This document shows positions 39,241 to 50,423 of a stretch of DNA of 64,000 nt, piece by piece. Under the pieces are notes generated by a model that was given only the letters and a program-made list of their open reading frames with translations, was not told the DNA's origin and did no database searches. The position numbers and the translations under genes are program-made. Position 1 is the stretch's first letter; each line of letters starts with the position of its first letter. The DNA is from Clostridia bacterium (GTDB lineage Bacteria; Bacillota; Clostridia; Christensenellales; CAG-314), in assembly GCA_017500855.1 (NCBI GenBank), contig JAFVYC010000024.1, positions 8,330 through 72,329 on the forward strand, in the 5' to 3' direction.

Positions 39241-40495
39241 TTTGGCTTCTGCTTTGGACGTTTTGGCTATCTTGGGCTCCTTTGTTTTGGGACTTGTGGT
39301 GTTGCTTTTGATGGTGACTGTACACGAATTTGGCCACTACGTGTCCGGCAAATTGTTGAAATTTGACATTTTGGAGTTCTCCATTGGAATGGGCCCCAAA
39401 CTGTTTTCCAAAAAGAAAAAGAACGGAGAAATCTTCTCCATCAGGGCTTTGCCCCTTGGTGGATTTTGCGCTTTTGCAGGCGAAGATGAGGAAAATCAAT
39501 CGCCCGGCGCATTCAACAACCAAGCGCCTTGGAAAAGGCTGATCGTGCTGTTTTCCGGAGCATTGATGAACTTTGTTTCGGCAATTTTGGTTTGCTCAAT
39601 TGCATTTGCTTGTTTTGGCGAAACGGTGACGGTTGTTCACAGCGTTTCCGACTTTGCCCCAACGCAAAACCACGTGTTGCAACAAGGCGACATCATCTAC
39701 GAAATTGACGGTAAAAAGGTGTACACGGTAGATTCGTTGAGTTTCTACACAAGTGACGAAATGCAAATCAAGGTTATACGTAACGGCGAAATTGTAACTT
39801 TGAACGGCGTTGTTACCAAAGATTTTGTGTTTTCCTACGTTTCCAGCATTGGAATGGAAATTTCCGATGGTCAAAACGTTGCAAAAATCAACGACCAAAT
39901 AACAAAAATTGACGGTCAGTACTTAACAAAAGCAAACGACTTCAAAACTTTGCTCAACATGGCAGGGGAAACATGCCAACTGACGGTTGTCACACAGCAA
40001 GGCAACGAATTTACCGTTGAAGTTGCAACGACAGACTTGCTTTCCAAGGTTACCGTTCAAGAGAGAGTTTTCCACGGAATGGGCATCACAACCACCTACC
40101 AAACGTACAGGTTTGGTTTTTGGGAAACGCTTGGCAGAGTTTTTGGCTATTGCTTGGAAGTTGCAATGTTTGTGCTTCGCACGTTGGGTGGATTGCTTAC
40201 GGGTGCTATCGGCATTGATGCCGTAGGTGGTCCAATCACAACAATTTCCCTGACAACACAAGTTGCTTCGCAAGGCATTCAAAGCATTGTGACCTTCTTC
40301 GTGCTACTTTCCGTCAATCTTGGTGTGTTCAATCTTCTTCCTGTTCCTGCATTGGATGGGTGCCGAATGGTGTTCGTGCTTGTGGAGTGGATCAGAGGCA
40401 AACCAATCAATCGAAACATTGAAGGAATCATCAACACAATTGGCTTCTTTGTGCTAGTCACGCTGATGGTGTTGATAGATTTGCTAAAACTATAG
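39230..40495 (+). CDS. rseP: Site-2 protease RseP/RasP
   Basis: HEFGH and NLLPVPALDG; PDZ-like middle region. Confidence 0.94.
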   Translation: MVNNLASALDVLAILGSFVLGLVVLLLMVTVHEFGHYVSGKLLKFDILEFSIGMGPKLFSKKKKNGEIFSIRALPLGGFCAFAGEDEENQSPGAFNNQAPWKRLIVLFSGALMNFVSAILVCSIAFACFGETVTVVHSVSDFAPTQNHVLQQGDIIYEIDGKKVYTVDSLSFYTSDEMQIKVIRNGEIVTLNGVVTKDFVFSYVSSIGMEISDGQNVAKINDQITKIDGQYLTKANDFKTLLNMAGETCQLTVVTQQGNEFTVEVATTDLLSKVTVQERVFHGMGITTTYQTYRFGFWETLGRVFGYCLEVAMFVLRTLGGLLTGAIGIDAVGGPITTISLTTQVASQGIQSIVTFFVLLSVNLGVFNLLPVPALDGCRMVFVLVEWIRGKPINRNIEGIINTIGFFVLVTLMVLIDLLKL

Positions 40496-40502
40496 AGGAA
40501 AA

Positions 40503-41537
40503 ATGTCTAAACAAGTAATCGTTCGGAACGTTGCCATTGGTGGTGGCGCTCCCATCACAATTCAATCCATGACAAACGTCAGCGTGACGGACGTCCAAGC
40601 AACCGCCAAACAAATTTCCCGTTTGATAGATGCCGGTTGCGACATTGTGCGCATTGCCGTTCCAAACCAACAGTCGGTGGAAGCATTTCGGCAAATTCGG
40701 GGAATGTTCGACATTCCACTTGTTGCCGACATTCACTTTGACTACAGGCTTGCTTTGGGCAGTATTTTGGCGGGAGCCGACAAAATTCGCATCAACCCCG
40801 GCAACATGCAAAAGCAACATCTTTTGCAAGTTATACAGTGTGCAAAACAACACAATGTGGCAATACGTGTAGGCGTAAACAGCGGTTCCGTCAACAAAGA
40901 GACGTTGGAAAGATGTGGTGGAAACAAGGCTGTTGCGCTTGTGGAAAGTTTGAAAGAGTACTTGCAAATTTTCCAACAACAAAACTTCCACAACGTTGTG
41001 CTTTCGGTAAAAAGCACAGACGTGCGAGAAACCGTTGCCATCAACAAAGCCGTTGCAAAACTTGGCTACCCAATGCATTTGGGTGTTACCGAAGCAGGGC
41101 TTTTGCAACAAGGCATTGTCAAAAACAGCGTTGGCATTGGCGCATTGCTTTTGGATGGCATTGGCGACACAATCCGTGTTTCGTTGACATCCGACCCTGT
41201 TGATGAAGTGCTTGTGGCAAAGGATTTGCTTGTTTCCCTTGGTCTCAAGGATGGAGTGACGTTTGTTTCTTGCCCAAAATGTGGCCGTTGCAGTATCGAT
41301 TTGGAAACAATGGCAAAGCGTGTACATGCCTACGTTGCCAACATCAAAAAACCACTCAAAATTGCCGTTATGGGTTGCGAAGTCAACGGCCCCGGCGAAT
41401 GCAAAGATGCCGACCTTGGCTTGGCAGGCTCCAATGGCAAATTTGTGTTCTTCAAACAAGGAAAAATCTACAAAACCGTACCTCAAGAAACTGCCTTTGA
41501 GGAATTTACAAAGGAAATTGACAAACTAGCAAAATGA
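40503..41537 (+). CDS. ispG: HMBPP synthase
   Basis: ADIHF, RINPGN, CPKCGR and MGCEVNGPGE. Confidence 0.96.
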   Translation: MSKQVIVRNVAIGGGAPITIQSMTNVSVTDVQATAKQISRLIDAGCDIVRIAVPNQQSVEAFRQIRGMFDIPLVADIHFDYRLALGSILAGADKIRINPGNMQKQHLLQVIQCAKQHNVAIRVGVNSGSVNKETLERCGGNKAVALVESLKEYLQIFQQQNFHNVVLSVKSTDVRETVAINKAVAKLGYPMHLGVTEAGLLQQGIVKNSVGIGALLLDGIGDTIRVSLTSDPVDEVLVAKDLLVSLGLKDGVTFVSCPKCGRCSIDLETMAKRVHAYVANIKKPLKIAVMGCEVNGPGECKDADLGLAGSNGKFVFFKQGKIYKTVPQETAFEEFTKEIDKLAK

Positions 41538-43165
41538 TTGTAGAACAACTGTGGGAAAAATTTCCCGATTTGAAAGATATTCGAGTTAGAGAAGTTGTGG
41601 TAGACAAGGTTGCAAGAAGAATTTCTTGTTCCGTGTCCTTGCCCGATTCCAACAATATTTCGCCGGCTAACAAGCGAGAAATTGTAGATTTTGTCAAATC
41701 TACAGTTCCCGCCAATTTCCATTGCTCGGTAACCTTCTTTAACGACAAATTCACGGAATTGTCTTTCAAAAAGTTCTTTGTAGACACGTTGAAAGCAAAG
41801 TACCCAATGTTCTCTTTCTTGAACAAGGAAAAAATTTCCGTCAAAATTCAAGGCAAGCACGTTGACGTTCAACTGCTTGTTGGCCCCGTGATGAAGGGCA
41901 ACATGGAAACGGCAAACTTTGCGGAAGATTTTTGCAACTACTGCAAAAGTTACACTTCCTACAGCGTTTTTGTGCAAGTGGAGGAAGATGCCAACTATGT
42001 GCCAACTCTCAATTTGGACGACCAACAAAAACTTGTCAAACTTTCCATCAAAAAGGAATTGTTGAAACCTGCCCGCTACTTCGAAGTGGAAAACGTGCAA
42101 AAACATGTTGGCAAAATTATTGGTACAAGGGCAATGTACATTGGCGACGTGCGTGGCGCAAGCCAATCGGCAGTGCTGTGCGGAACAGTTTCCAACAAAA
42201 CTCTCAAAGCTTCCAAAAACAACAGCAGTTTGCAAATTTGCAACTTCACTTTGACGGACGAATCGGGCAATATCCCTTGCGTGATGTTTGTCAGGTTTGA
42301 AATGACGGACGTTACCAAAATTTTGAAGTCGTCCGACAGCACGCAAAAACAAGCCGAGGAACTTTCCGAAAAGAACAAGGCAATCAACGACAAGCGAATG
42401 AAGAAAATGATGGACATTTTCGACACCATGCAAGTTATTGTTCGTGGCAAAATTGGCTACAACGACTTTTCGCAAAGGTTGGAAATGGTGGTGTTCGATT
42501 TGTGCAAATGCACAATCAAACCAATGAGCCAACAACCCAAGGCAGTTGCCAAAGTGCCAAGTCGCTACACGCTTGTGCATCCACAAAGTTTTGAAGAACA
42601 TCATCAACTTTCCTTCGTTGCCGAAATGGTAACTTCCAACTTGCAACAAGACTACGTTGTTGTCAATGCGCAACTGACGGGCAACAACCTTGCCAAGGAC
42701 AAACTGTTTGGCATTTGTTGCGTCAAAATTTCCAAAGGGCGCATTGCCGAAAAGTTTTTCACAGTTGTCAACCCGGAAATCCACTTGGACGACAATCAAC
42801 TTGCGTCCATTGGATGTGGAGTAGACAAACTGCAAATTTACCCAACCATCACGGAAATCATTCCCGATTTGTTCAAGTTCTTGCATGGCTACGACGTTGT
42901 TGGAATCAACCTTGTCAACACGCTCAACATGCTCAACTACTACGCAATTCCCTATGGCTACAGTTTCAACAACAAAATTGTCAACGAGCAAGATTTCTTG
43001 TTGCAACTGTTGGAAAATTCCACAATTTCCAAGCGCCCAAATCTCGGCAAAGTGGAAGAAATTGCCAAGGTTTGCAAAGTAGTGTACGAGGGCAACGTTG
43101 AATGCGACAGGCACGCAACCATCGTTGCAAGAAGCATCGTTTACTTGTCGGAAAGAGCATTGTAG
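41534..43165 (+). CDS. PolC-derived protein: N-terminal domain, OB fold and degenerate DEDDh exonuclease; no PHP or polymerase domain
   Basis: Sits at the ispG-[polC]-rimP position; OB-like LCGTVS...FTLTDESG...VRGKI; Exo-like YVVVNAQLTG...KFFTVVNP...PTITEIIPDLFKF. Confidence 0.75.
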   Translation: MIVEQLWEKFPDLKDIRVREVVVDKVARRISCSVSLPDSNNISPANKREIVDFVKSTVPANFHCSVTFFNDKFTELSFKKFFVDTLKAKYPMFSFLNKEKISVKIQGKHVDVQLLVGPVMKGNMETANFAEDFCNYCKSYTSYSVFVQVEEDANYVPTLNLDDQQKLVKLSIKKELLKPARYFEVENVQKHVGKIIGTRAMYIGDVRGASQSAVLCGTVSNKTLKASKNNSSLQICNFTLTDESGNIPCVMFVRFEMTDVTKILKSSDSTQKQAEELSEKNKAINDKRMKKMMDIFDTMQVIVRGKIGYNDFSQRLEMVVFDLCKCTIKPMSQQPKAVAKVPSRYTLVHPQSFEEHHQLSFVAEMVTSNLQQDYVVVNAQLTGNNLAKDKLFGICCVKISKGRIAEKFFTVVNPEIHLDDNQLASIGCGVDKLQIYPTITEIIPDLFKFLHGYDVVGINLVNTLNMLNYYAIPYGYSFNNKIVNEQDFLLQLLENSTISKRPNLGKVEEIAKVCKVVYEGNVECDRHATIVARSIVYLSERAL

Positions 43166-43247
43166 CAAATTTTTGTGTTTATGCAGTAAATTTTGCCAAA
43201 AATTGTGCAAAAATTTGACAAAATTGCAATTTGTTGAAACAAAACAG

Positions 43248-43276
43248 TTGTGTTTTGCGTTGTGGTGTGGTATAAT
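43248..43276 (+). promoter_or_regulatory. SigA promoter of rimP-nusA-infB
   Basis: TTGTGT-17-TATAAT with extended TG. Confidence 0.65.
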
Positions 43277-43375
43277 GAACGTACACAGAAATTGCAATTT
43301 CTAAGAAAGCTAGAAATTTAAGATTGAACACAATCATCGCAGTTTCTATCGCCTAGTTTAATTACGATACTACGG

Positions 43376-43405
43376 TGAGAGTGGGGATTTTTTTCTCCAC
43401 TCTCA
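43376..43405 (+). promoter_or_regulatory. rimP leader hairpin (attenuator-like)
   Basis: tgagagtgg...ccactctca stem about 20 nt before the rimP start. Confidence 0.7.
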
Positions 43406-43425
43406 TATTTATGATTGGAGGTTAT

Positions 43426-43884
43426 ATGGGAAAAGTTTCCGACAGCGTTTTTCAACTTGTTCAGCCCATCGCCGAAGGCTTTGGCTTGGAAGTTTTGGAA
43501 GTGCTCTACGAAAAGAAATTCGATGGTATGAACCTTACCATTGTGATAGACAAAGACGGTGGTGTTTCCATCGACGATTGCGAAAAGTTGCACCGTGCAA
43601 TTGACGCTCCGTTGGATGAACTGGACCCCATCGATTGCCAGTACATTTTGAACGTTTCTTCCCCGGGAATTGACCGTCCGCTAAAAACGGAAAGAGACTT
43701 CAAACGCAACCTTGGCAGAAAGATTTGTGTCAAGTTCTACAAGCCTTTCAACGGCAAAAAACAGTACCAAGGTATTTTGTTGGCGTACACCGACGAAACT
43801 TTCGACCTTCAAACACAAGACGGTCAAACAATGACAATCAACAAAAAAGATACGGCCAAAATTGAGCCTGTTATAGAATTTTAG
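43426..43884 (+). CDS. rimP: Ribosome maturation factor RimP
   Basis: IDKDGGVSIDDC and VSSPGIDRPLK. Confidence 0.96.
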   Translation: MGKVSDSVFQLVQPIAEGFGLEVLEVLYEKKFDGMNLTIVIDKDGGVSIDDCEKLHRAIDAPLDELDPIDCQYILNVSSPGIDRPLKTERDFKRNLGRKICVKFYKPFNGKKQYQGILLAYTDETFDLQTQDGQTMTINKKDTAKIEPVIEF

Positions 43885-43898
43885 GAGGACTCTCTATC

Positions 43899-45002
43899 AT
43901 GAAGAGTAAAGATTTTTTTCTTGCTATAGAAGAATTGGGCAAAACAAAAGGTATCAGTTCCGAAGTCATCATTGAATCGGTAGAAACTGCGCTTTCCATT
44001 GCTTGCAAAAAGAATTTTGGCGAAGCATCCAACGTTATCGTCAAACTCAACCCCGATTCCCACACAATGCGTGCTTTCATCAGCAAAATTGTTGTGGAAG
44101 TTGTTGAAACTCCCGAAAAGGAAATTGCATTGGAAGATGCTCAACAAATCAAAAAGTCCTACAAAATTGGCGACGAAGTTCTCACGGAAATCAACCCACG
44201 TGACTTTGGCAGAATTGCTGCTCAAAACGCAAGGCAAGTCATCATGAACAGTTTGCGCCAAGCCGAAAAGAAGGTTGTTTACGAACAATACATCAAGAAA
44301 GAAGGCGAACTTATCATCGGTAACGTTACCAGAGTTAAGGAAGACGGCACAATCTACGTTGAAATTGGCGAAAACCAAATGGAAGGCGTGCTTGCTCCAA
44401 CGGAACAAATCCCCGGCGAAAAATTCCGTGCAGGCGACAGAATCAAGGTGCTTGTCAAGCGTGTTCGTGAAGCAGTTGGTGGCGTTCAAGTCATCCTTTC
44501 CCGTTCCAACTACTTGTTCATCAAGCGTTTGTTCGAAAAGGAAGTTCCCGAAATCCGTGCTGAAATCATCCAAATCAAAAGCATCGTTCGTGAAGCAGGC
44601 TTCCGCACAAAGATGGCTGTGTACTCCACAGATCCCGAAATTGATGCAGTTGGTTCCTGCGTTGGTAACAAGGGCGTGCGTGTAAACGCAATCGTTTCGG
44701 AAATTGGTGGCGAAAAAATTGACATCATTCCTTGGAGCAGTGACGTTTTGGACTACATTGCAAGATCTCTTTCCCCTGCAAAAGTTTTGATTGTTCAAGC
44801 TGACGAAGAAAACAAGGAAGCAAAAGTTATCGTTCCCGACGAAAAACTTTCCTTGGCAATTGGCAAGGAAGGTCAAAATGCTCGCCTTGCTGCAAAACTT
44901 ACAGGTTGGAAAATTGACGTCAAGTCCTACACAAGCGCTTTGCAAAGCGGAATGTTCGATGGCATTGCCGACGAATCTGTAGACGAAGGGGATGCAGAAT
45001 AG
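43899..45002 (+). CDS. nusA: Transcription factor NusA
   Basis: FGRIAAQ, EVPEI, REAGFRTK and AIGKEGQNARLA. Confidence 0.97.
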   Translation: MKSKDFFLAIEELGKTKGISSEVIIESVETALSIACKKNFGEASNVIVKLNPDSHTMRAFISKIVVEVVETPEKEIALEDAQQIKKSYKIGDEVLTEINPRDFGRIAAQNARQVIMNSLRQAEKKVVYEQYIKKEGELIIGNVTRVKEDGTIYVEIGENQMEGVLAPTEQIPGEKFRAGDRIKVLVKRVREAVGGVQVILSRSNYLFIKRLFEKEVPEIRAEIIQIKSIVREAGFRTKMAVYSTDPEIDAVGSCVGNKGVRVNAIVSEIGGEKIDIIPWSSDVLDYIARSLSPAKVLIVQADEENKEAKVIVPDEKLSLAIGKEGQNARLAAKLTGWKIDVKSYTSALQSGMFDGIADESVDEGDAE

Positions 45003-45265
45003 TGGCAACTGTCAAAAAAATTCCCGAAAGAATGTGTGTTTTGTGCAAGCAAATGAAGCCAAAAACACAACTTATTCGCATTGTCAACGCACAAGGCAAC
45101 GTTGTTGTTGACAAAACGGGCAAAATCAACGGTAGAGGTGTGTACCTTTGCAAATGCAAAGATTGCATAACCAAGGCTGTCAAAAAGAAAAACTTTGCAA
45201 AACAACACGGTTTTGATTTGACGGAACAAATCGTTGCCGAATTGGAGAGTCTCATTGAACAATAA
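45002..45265 (+). CDS. ylxR: YlxR/RnpM family protein
   Basis: PERMCVLC and DKTGKINGRGVYLC. Confidence 0.92.
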   Translation: MATVKKIPERMCVLCKQMKPKTQLIRIVNAQGNVVVDKTGKINGRGVYLCKCKDCITKAVKKKNFAKQHGFDLTEQIVAELESLIEQ

Positions 45266-45536
45266 AATTCAATCGTACATCGGTTTTGCAATACGCAAAG
45301 GCTCGGTTGTGTTTGGATGCGACAACATCCACGTCTACCGCAAAAAGATGTATTGCATTTTGTACACACAAAACATTTCTCAAAACTCTTTGAAGATTTT
45401 GAAGAACAAAAGTCAGGAAATTGGTTGCCCATTGCTTGCAATCGACGAAACACCAATTCTGACACAACGAAATTGCAAAGCAATTGCAATTTGCGACAAG
45501 TCGCTTGCAACGGCAATTTCAAACAATTTGAAGTAA
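45255..45536 (+). CDS. L7Ae-like protein (YlxQ)
   Basis: IGFAIRKGSVVFG; lies between ylxR and infB. Confidence 0.75.
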   Translation: MNNKIQSYIGFAIRKGSVVFGCDNIHVYRKKMYCILYTQNISQNSLKILKNKSQEIGCPLLAIDETPILTQRNCKAIAICDKSLATAISNNLK

Positions 45537-45557
45537 AAGGCCAATTTGGAGGTAGAA

Positions 45558-48275
45558 ATGGCAAACAACACTCAACAAAACAAGACTTTTGAAAGCATCA
45601 AAACAGTAAAAGCAAACGTCGTTGGTTTGGGACGCAATTTGCAACAACAAGTTGCATCTATTCGTCAACAAACAAACGCTTTGCAACAAGCTATCTCAAG
45701 TCGCAAACAATCATTTGCAAAGAAGGCAGAACCCGTGGTTGCCCAACCGGTGGTGGAAGTTGCCGAGCAAAAAGTTGTTGCACAAAAACCTGTGGAGAGT
45801 GACACAAAGAAGCAAGTGGCAGTGGAAGTTGTTGCTCCCGTTGTCAAGGAAGAGGCACCCGTTGCAAAGCAAGAGCCAAAAGTTGTTCAACAAAGTCAAC
45901 CTGCCGAACCAAAGGTAGCGCCACAACCTGCAAAAACTCAACCTGCAAAGCCACAAGCGCAAAAACCTGCCGTTGAGCCTCAAAGCGCACAAAAGCCTGC
46001 GCCAACAGCAACAAAGGTTATTTCTACCGTGGAAAATGGCCGTGAAGTAAAAACCTACACCGACGAAAAGGGCAACGTTCGTGTTAGAAAGTTCTTGGAT
46101 ACTTCTGCTCCAAAACGTCCACAACCGTCGCAAAATGGCGAAAAGCGTGACGGACAAGGCAAACCACAAGGCGGACGTCCACAACAAGGTCGTCGCCCCG
46201 ACCAACAAGGCGCGCAACAACGCCGTCCACAACAAGGTCAAGGCACTTTCAAAAAGGACGAGGACACACAAGAAAAGCGTGGTCAACAATCCAAACCGGC
46301 GCAAAAACGCTTTGCCCCTGCAATGGATTTGCCACGTCCCGAACCACAAAAGAACTTTGGCAACAAAAACAAAACCAAGGAACGTCCGGACGAAAAGCGT
46401 GCAACAAGTAGCAAAAAAGCGCTTATGACACGTGACTACTCCGCCGACTACGATGAAGACAGAGTAGTTCGCCGTGCAAAAACCAAAAAGCAAGAAGTGG
46501 CGCAACCAATTGTTGCAAAGAAAATCACTCACGCTGTGGTAAGCACGCAAGAAGTTCCAATCAAGGTTCTTTCCGAACGTATTGGCGTTTCCGCATCGGA
46601 AATCATCAAGCAACTGTTCAAGGAAGGCATCATGAAAACCATCAACGACACTGTGGATTTCGACTACGCAGAGTACATTGCAGGTTTGCACGAAGTAACA
46701 CTTGAACTCAAAATGGAAAAAACAGCAGAAGAAATCATTTCCAATGCTGAGCAAGACGACGGATTGGAAAACAACACCAAACGTCCCCCAATCGTTACCG
46801 TTATGGGTCACGTAGACCACGGTAAAACTTCGCTTCTCGACGCAATCCGCAAGAGCAACGTTCAACGTGGCGAAGCAGGTGGTATCACGCAACACATTGG
46901 TGCGTACACAGTCACAGCAAAGGGACAACCAATCACGTTCATCGACACACCCGGCCACGCAGCGTTCACACAAATGCGTGCACGTGGTGCAAAAATCACC
47001 GACGTTGCAATCATCGTTGTTGCAGCCGACGACGGCGTTATGCCACAAACGGTTGAAGCAATCAACCACGCAAAAGCAGCAGGCGTTGCAATCATCGTTG
47101 CTGTGAACAAGATGGACAAACCACACATCGACCCCGACAGAGTAAAGCAACAACTCACCGAGTACGAATTGCTTGCTGAAGAATGGGGCGGTGACACAAT
47201 CATGGTTCCCGTTTCTGCAAAAACAGGTATGGGCATTGACACGTTGTTGGAAAGTGTTTTGCTTGTTTCCGACATGATGGAACTCAAAGCAAACCCCGAA
47301 AAACGTGCAACAGGCACAGTTATCGAAGCGCAACTCGACAAGGGCCGTGGCCCGGTTGCAACAATTTTGGTAAGCAACGGCACACTCAAAGTGGGCGACA
47401 GTTTGATTGCAGGTTCGGCAACAGGCAAAATCCGTGCCATGTTCGACGACAAGGGCAAGCGTGTCAAGTCCGCAGGACCATCCATCCCCGTGTCTGTACT
47501 GGGCTTCTCGGAAGTTCCACAAGCAGGCGACTATATGTACGTTGCCGACGAAAAACTTGTAAAGAAAGCAGCGGAAGAACGCAAGAACAAGATCAAGTTG
47601 GAAAATGCACGTCAAACTCCATCCTTGAACCTTGGCGATTTGTTCGGACGCATTTCCGAAGGACAACTCAAAACACTCAACCTCATCATCAAAACCGACG
47701 TTCAAGGCTCTTTGGAAGCATTGAAAGCAAGTTTGGAAAAGATTTCCAACAACGAAGTGCGTGTTTCAGCAATTCACGGTGGTGTTGGCGCTATCAACGA
47801 AACTGACATCATGCTTGCAAAGGCATCGGAAGCAATCATCATTGGTTTCAACGTACGTGCCGATTCCAACGCAAAGGCAACTGCCGAAATGGAAGGCGTG
47901 GACATCAGGTTGTACAACGTTATCTACGACGCAGTAGACGACGTGACGGCAGCAATGAAAGGTATGCTTGCGCCCAAGTACAGAGAGCAAATTGTTGGTA
48001 CCGTTGAAGTTAGAGAAGTGTTCAAAATCACAGGCGTTGGCGCTGTTGCAGGTGGCTACGTCACAAGTGGTAAGGCAATTCGCAACGGCAAGGTTCGCAT
48101 CTACCGCAACGACATCAGCATCTACGACGGTCAAATCCTTGCTTTGAAGCGCTTCAAGGACGACGTGAAGGAAGTTGCTTCCGGCTACGAATGTGGTATT
48201 TCCGTGGAAAACTACAACGACATCAAGGTTGGCGACGTCTTTGAAATTTACCAAATGGAAGAAATTCAACAATGA
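45558..48275 (+). CDS. infB: Translation initiation factor IF-2
   Basis: [13 protein letters not shown] and NKMD. Confidence 0.98.
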   Translation: MANNTQQNKTFESIKTVKANVVGLGRNLQQQVASIRQQTNALQQAISSRKQSFAKKAEPVVAQPVVEVAEQKVVAQKPVESDTKKQVAVEVVAPVVKEEAPVAKQEPKVVQQSQPAEPKVAPQPAKTQPAKPQAQKPAVEPQSAQKPAPTATKVISTVENGREVKTYTDEKGNVRVRKFLDTSAPKRPQPSQNGEKRDGQGKPQGGRPQQGRRPDQQGAQQRRPQQGQGTFKKDEDTQEKRGQQSKPAQKRFAPAMDLPRPEPQKNFGNKNKTKERPDEKRATSSKKALMTRDYSADYDEDRVVRRAKTKKQEVAQPIVAKKITHAVVSTQEVPIKVLSERIGVSASEIIKQLFKEGIMKTINDTVDFDYAEYIAGLHEVTLELKMEKTAEEIISNAEQDDGLENNTKRPPIVTVMGHVDHGKTSLLDAIRKSNVQRGEAGGITQHIGAYTVTAKGQPITFIDTPGHAAFTQMRARGAKITDVAIIVVAADDGVMPQTVEAINHAKAAGVAIIVAVNKMDKPHIDPDRVKQQLTEYELLAEEWGGDTIMVPVSAKTGMGIDTLLESVLLVSDMMELKANPEKRATGTVIEAQLDKGRGPVATILVSNGTLKVGDSLIAGSATGKIRAMFDDKGKRVKSAGPSIPVSVLGFSEVPQAGDYMYVADEKLVKKAAEERKNKIKLENARQTPSLNLGDLFGRISEGQLKTLNLIIKTDVQGSLEALKASLEKISNNEVRVSAIHGGVGAINETDIMLAKASEAIIIGFNVRADSNAKATAEMEGVDIRLYNVIYDAVDDVTAAMKGMLAPKYREQIVGTVEVREVFKITGVGAVAGGYVTSGKAIRNGKVRIYRNDISIYDGQILALKRFKDDVKEVASGYECGISVENYNDIKVGDVFEIYQMEEIQQ

Positions 48276-48631
48276 GTAACAGAACAGAAAAACTAAATGC
48301 TGAATTCAAAAGATACATCTCGGAATTGCTTGTGAGAAAGGTAAAAGACCCAAGAATCACCGAAATGTTCACAATTTTGGACGTCAATTGCGACAAGGAA
48401 TTGTCCTCTGCCAAAGTGTACGTTAGCATTTTTTCCACCAATGCGGAAAAAGCAGCGCAAACGTTTTTGGCAATTTGCGAAAACGAACACGTAATTCGCA
48501 AGGAAATTTCCCGTTCCATGCACATCCGAAAAGTTCCCGAGTTCAAATTTGTTTTGGACGAATCCTTGGCTTACAGCCAAAAAATTGCACAAGTACTAAA
48601 TGAAATTCGCAAAGAACAAAACAACGATTAG
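48272..48631 (+). CDS. rbfA: Ribosome-binding factor A
   Basis: VKDPRI, AKVYVS and [11 protein letters not shown]. Confidence 0.95.
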   Translation: MSNRTEKLNAEFKRYISELLVRKVKDPRITEMFTILDVNCDKELSSAKVYVSIFSTNAEKAAQTFLAICENEHVIRKEISRSMHIRKVPEFKFVLDESLAYSQKIAQVLNEIRKEQNND

Positions 48632-49565
48632 TCAAGTTGCGCAAGTTTTGTCGCAACACAACAACATTGCGCTTTTTGCACACACACGCCCCGATGGAGA
48701 TACTGTTGGGGCAACTGTTGCTTTGCGCCTTGCATTGCAAAAACTTGGCAAAAACGTGCAAATTTTTTGCGATGGAGAGTTTTCCGACAAGTTGCTGAAG
48801 TTTCCACACACGGCGGAAATTGCAACGGAGTTTTTTGGAAAATGGGATTTGATGGTTGCAGTTGACTGTGGAGATTTGCAACGATTGGGAAATTTTGCAG
48901 GCTTCTACAACCAACACAGCAACACCATGACGGTAGACCACCATGGTGGAGAGTACTATTCCAAACATAATTGTGTTTTGAACTACGCAAGTACGTGCCA
49001 AATGGTGTGGGAAGTGCTTGATGCGCTTGGCGTTGAACTAGACAGTACCATTGCAACCTACTTGTACATGGGGCTTTGCACCGACACAGGCAACTTTGCC
49101 AACAGCAACACCAACGAACAAAGTTTTTTGATGGCTGCAAAAATGTGTCAACTTGGTGCTGACATACAAAAAGTAAACAGAGTGTTTTTCAAGGAAACCA
49201 CCTACATGCACACAAAACTCTACGGCAAAATTATGTCTCGTGTGCGTAGGTTCTACGACGGCAAACTTTGCATTGTGTACATCACACAACAAGATTTGCA
49301 AGAGTTTGGGTTGGATCACACTGCAAGCGAAGGCATTGTTCGCTTTGCTTTCGACATCGACACTGCAATTGTTGGCGTTTCTCTTTGCGAATGGAAGCCA
49401 AACAGCTTCAAGTGCAGTATGCGAGGAAAGGACTTCAACGTTCGCCAAATTTGCCAAGAGTTTGGTGGTGGCGGTCACGAAGTTGCTTCCGGTTGTTTGA
49501 TCAACGGTTTTTTGGAAGACGTCATTGAAAAGATAGAAAGAGTTGTGGGTTATACCTTATGCTAA
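48600..49565 (+). CDS. nrnA: DHH family phosphoesterase (NrnA-like)
   Basis: HTRPDGD, DHH, TDTGNF and GGGGH. Confidence 0.88.
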   Translation: MKFAKNKTTISQVAQVLSQHNNIALFAHTRPDGDTVGATVALRLALQKLGKNVQIFCDGEFSDKLLKFPHTAEIATEFFGKWDLMVAVDCGDLQRLGNFAGFYNQHSNTMTVDHHGGEYYSKHNCVLNYASTCQMVWEVLDALGVELDSTIATYLYMGLCTDTGNFANSNTNEQSFLMAAKMCQLGADIQKVNRVFFKETTYMHTKLYGKIMSRVRRFYDGKLCIVYITQQDLQEFGLDHTASEGIVRFAFDIDTAIVGVSLCEWKPNSFKCSMRGKDFNVRQICQEFGGGGHEVASGCLINGFLEDVIEKIERVVGYTLC

Positions 49566-50416
49566 ACGGATTTGTTAACGTGTTGAAGCCTGCAGGCGCA
49601 ACGGCAAGCGACGTTGTTGTGTGCTTGAAACACGTGCTTCATCAAAAAAAGGTTGGACATCTTGGAACGCTAGACCCCGGCGCAACGGGAGTGTTGCCTG
49701 TTGCAGTTGGGCTTGGAACAAAATTGTTCAACTTCTTGACGGACAAAGTCAAAGTTTACCGTGCATTTTTTACATTTGGCAAAACAACCGACACGTTGGA
49801 TAGCTACGGAATTGTGACGGAAAGTGGCAAATCCGTGCCAAGCCTTGAACAATTGCAAAATGCGCTTGACGTTGTCCGTGGCGAAATCGACCAAGTGCCA
49901 CCTGCCTATTCGGCAATTTCCGTTGGTGGTGTCAAGGCGTACAAACTTGCCCGTGGTGGGCAAGACGTGGTGCTTAAAACACGCAAAGTCACGGTTTTTG
50001 ACATTTCCGTCCTTCGCCAAACTTCACAAAACACTTTTATGTTGGACATTTCTTGTAGCGCAGGCACCTACATTCGCTCAATCGTGCGAGACCTTGCCGA
50101 GGCTTGTGGCACGGTGGGCTACATGAGTGGTTTGATCAGACTGCAATCGGGATGTTTCAACATCCAATCGGCGTACACAATGGACGAAATAAAAGAGCTG
50201 AAGGAAAAGTGCATTGTGGACATGATGTTTCCACTACAAGACGTGGAAAGTTTTGTTTTTGACGACAGCCAATTCGACAACATCAATTTTGGCAGACGTG
50301 TTCGTTGCCCATTCAAGCAAGGATACCGAAAAATTTACTGCAAGGGCGTTTTTTTTGGGCTTGGCAAAAATGAAAACGGCTACTTGAAACTAGAATACTA
50401 CCTAAAAAACATGTGA
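49559..50416 (+). CDS. truB: tRNA pseudouridine-55 synthase
   Basis: GHLGTLDP and GTYIRS. Confidence 0.96.
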   Translation: MLNGFVNVLKPAGATASDVVVCLKHVLHQKKVGHLGTLDPGATGVLPVAVGLGTKLFNFLTDKVKVYRAFFTFGKTTDTLDSYGIVTESGKSVPSLEQLQNALDVVRGEIDQVPPAYSAISVGGVKAYKLARGGQDVVLKTRKVTVFDISVLRQTSQNTFMLDISCSAGTYIRSIVRDLAEACGTVGYMSGLIRLQSGCFNIQSAYTMDEIKELKEKCIVDMMFPLQDVESFVFDDSQFDNINFGRRVRCPFKQGYRKIYCKGVFFGLGKNENGYLKLEYYLKNM

Positions 50417-50423
50417 GGAAGTT

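Noticed and set aside
41534-43250. polC broken by a frameshift or stop readthrough
   Set aside because: No PHP or polymerase coding sequence follows; the rimP promoter begins within about 100 bp, so this is a domain deletion.
45700-46400. Low-complexity P/Q/A/K repeats
   Set aside because: This is the ordinary variable N-terminal linker of IF-2.
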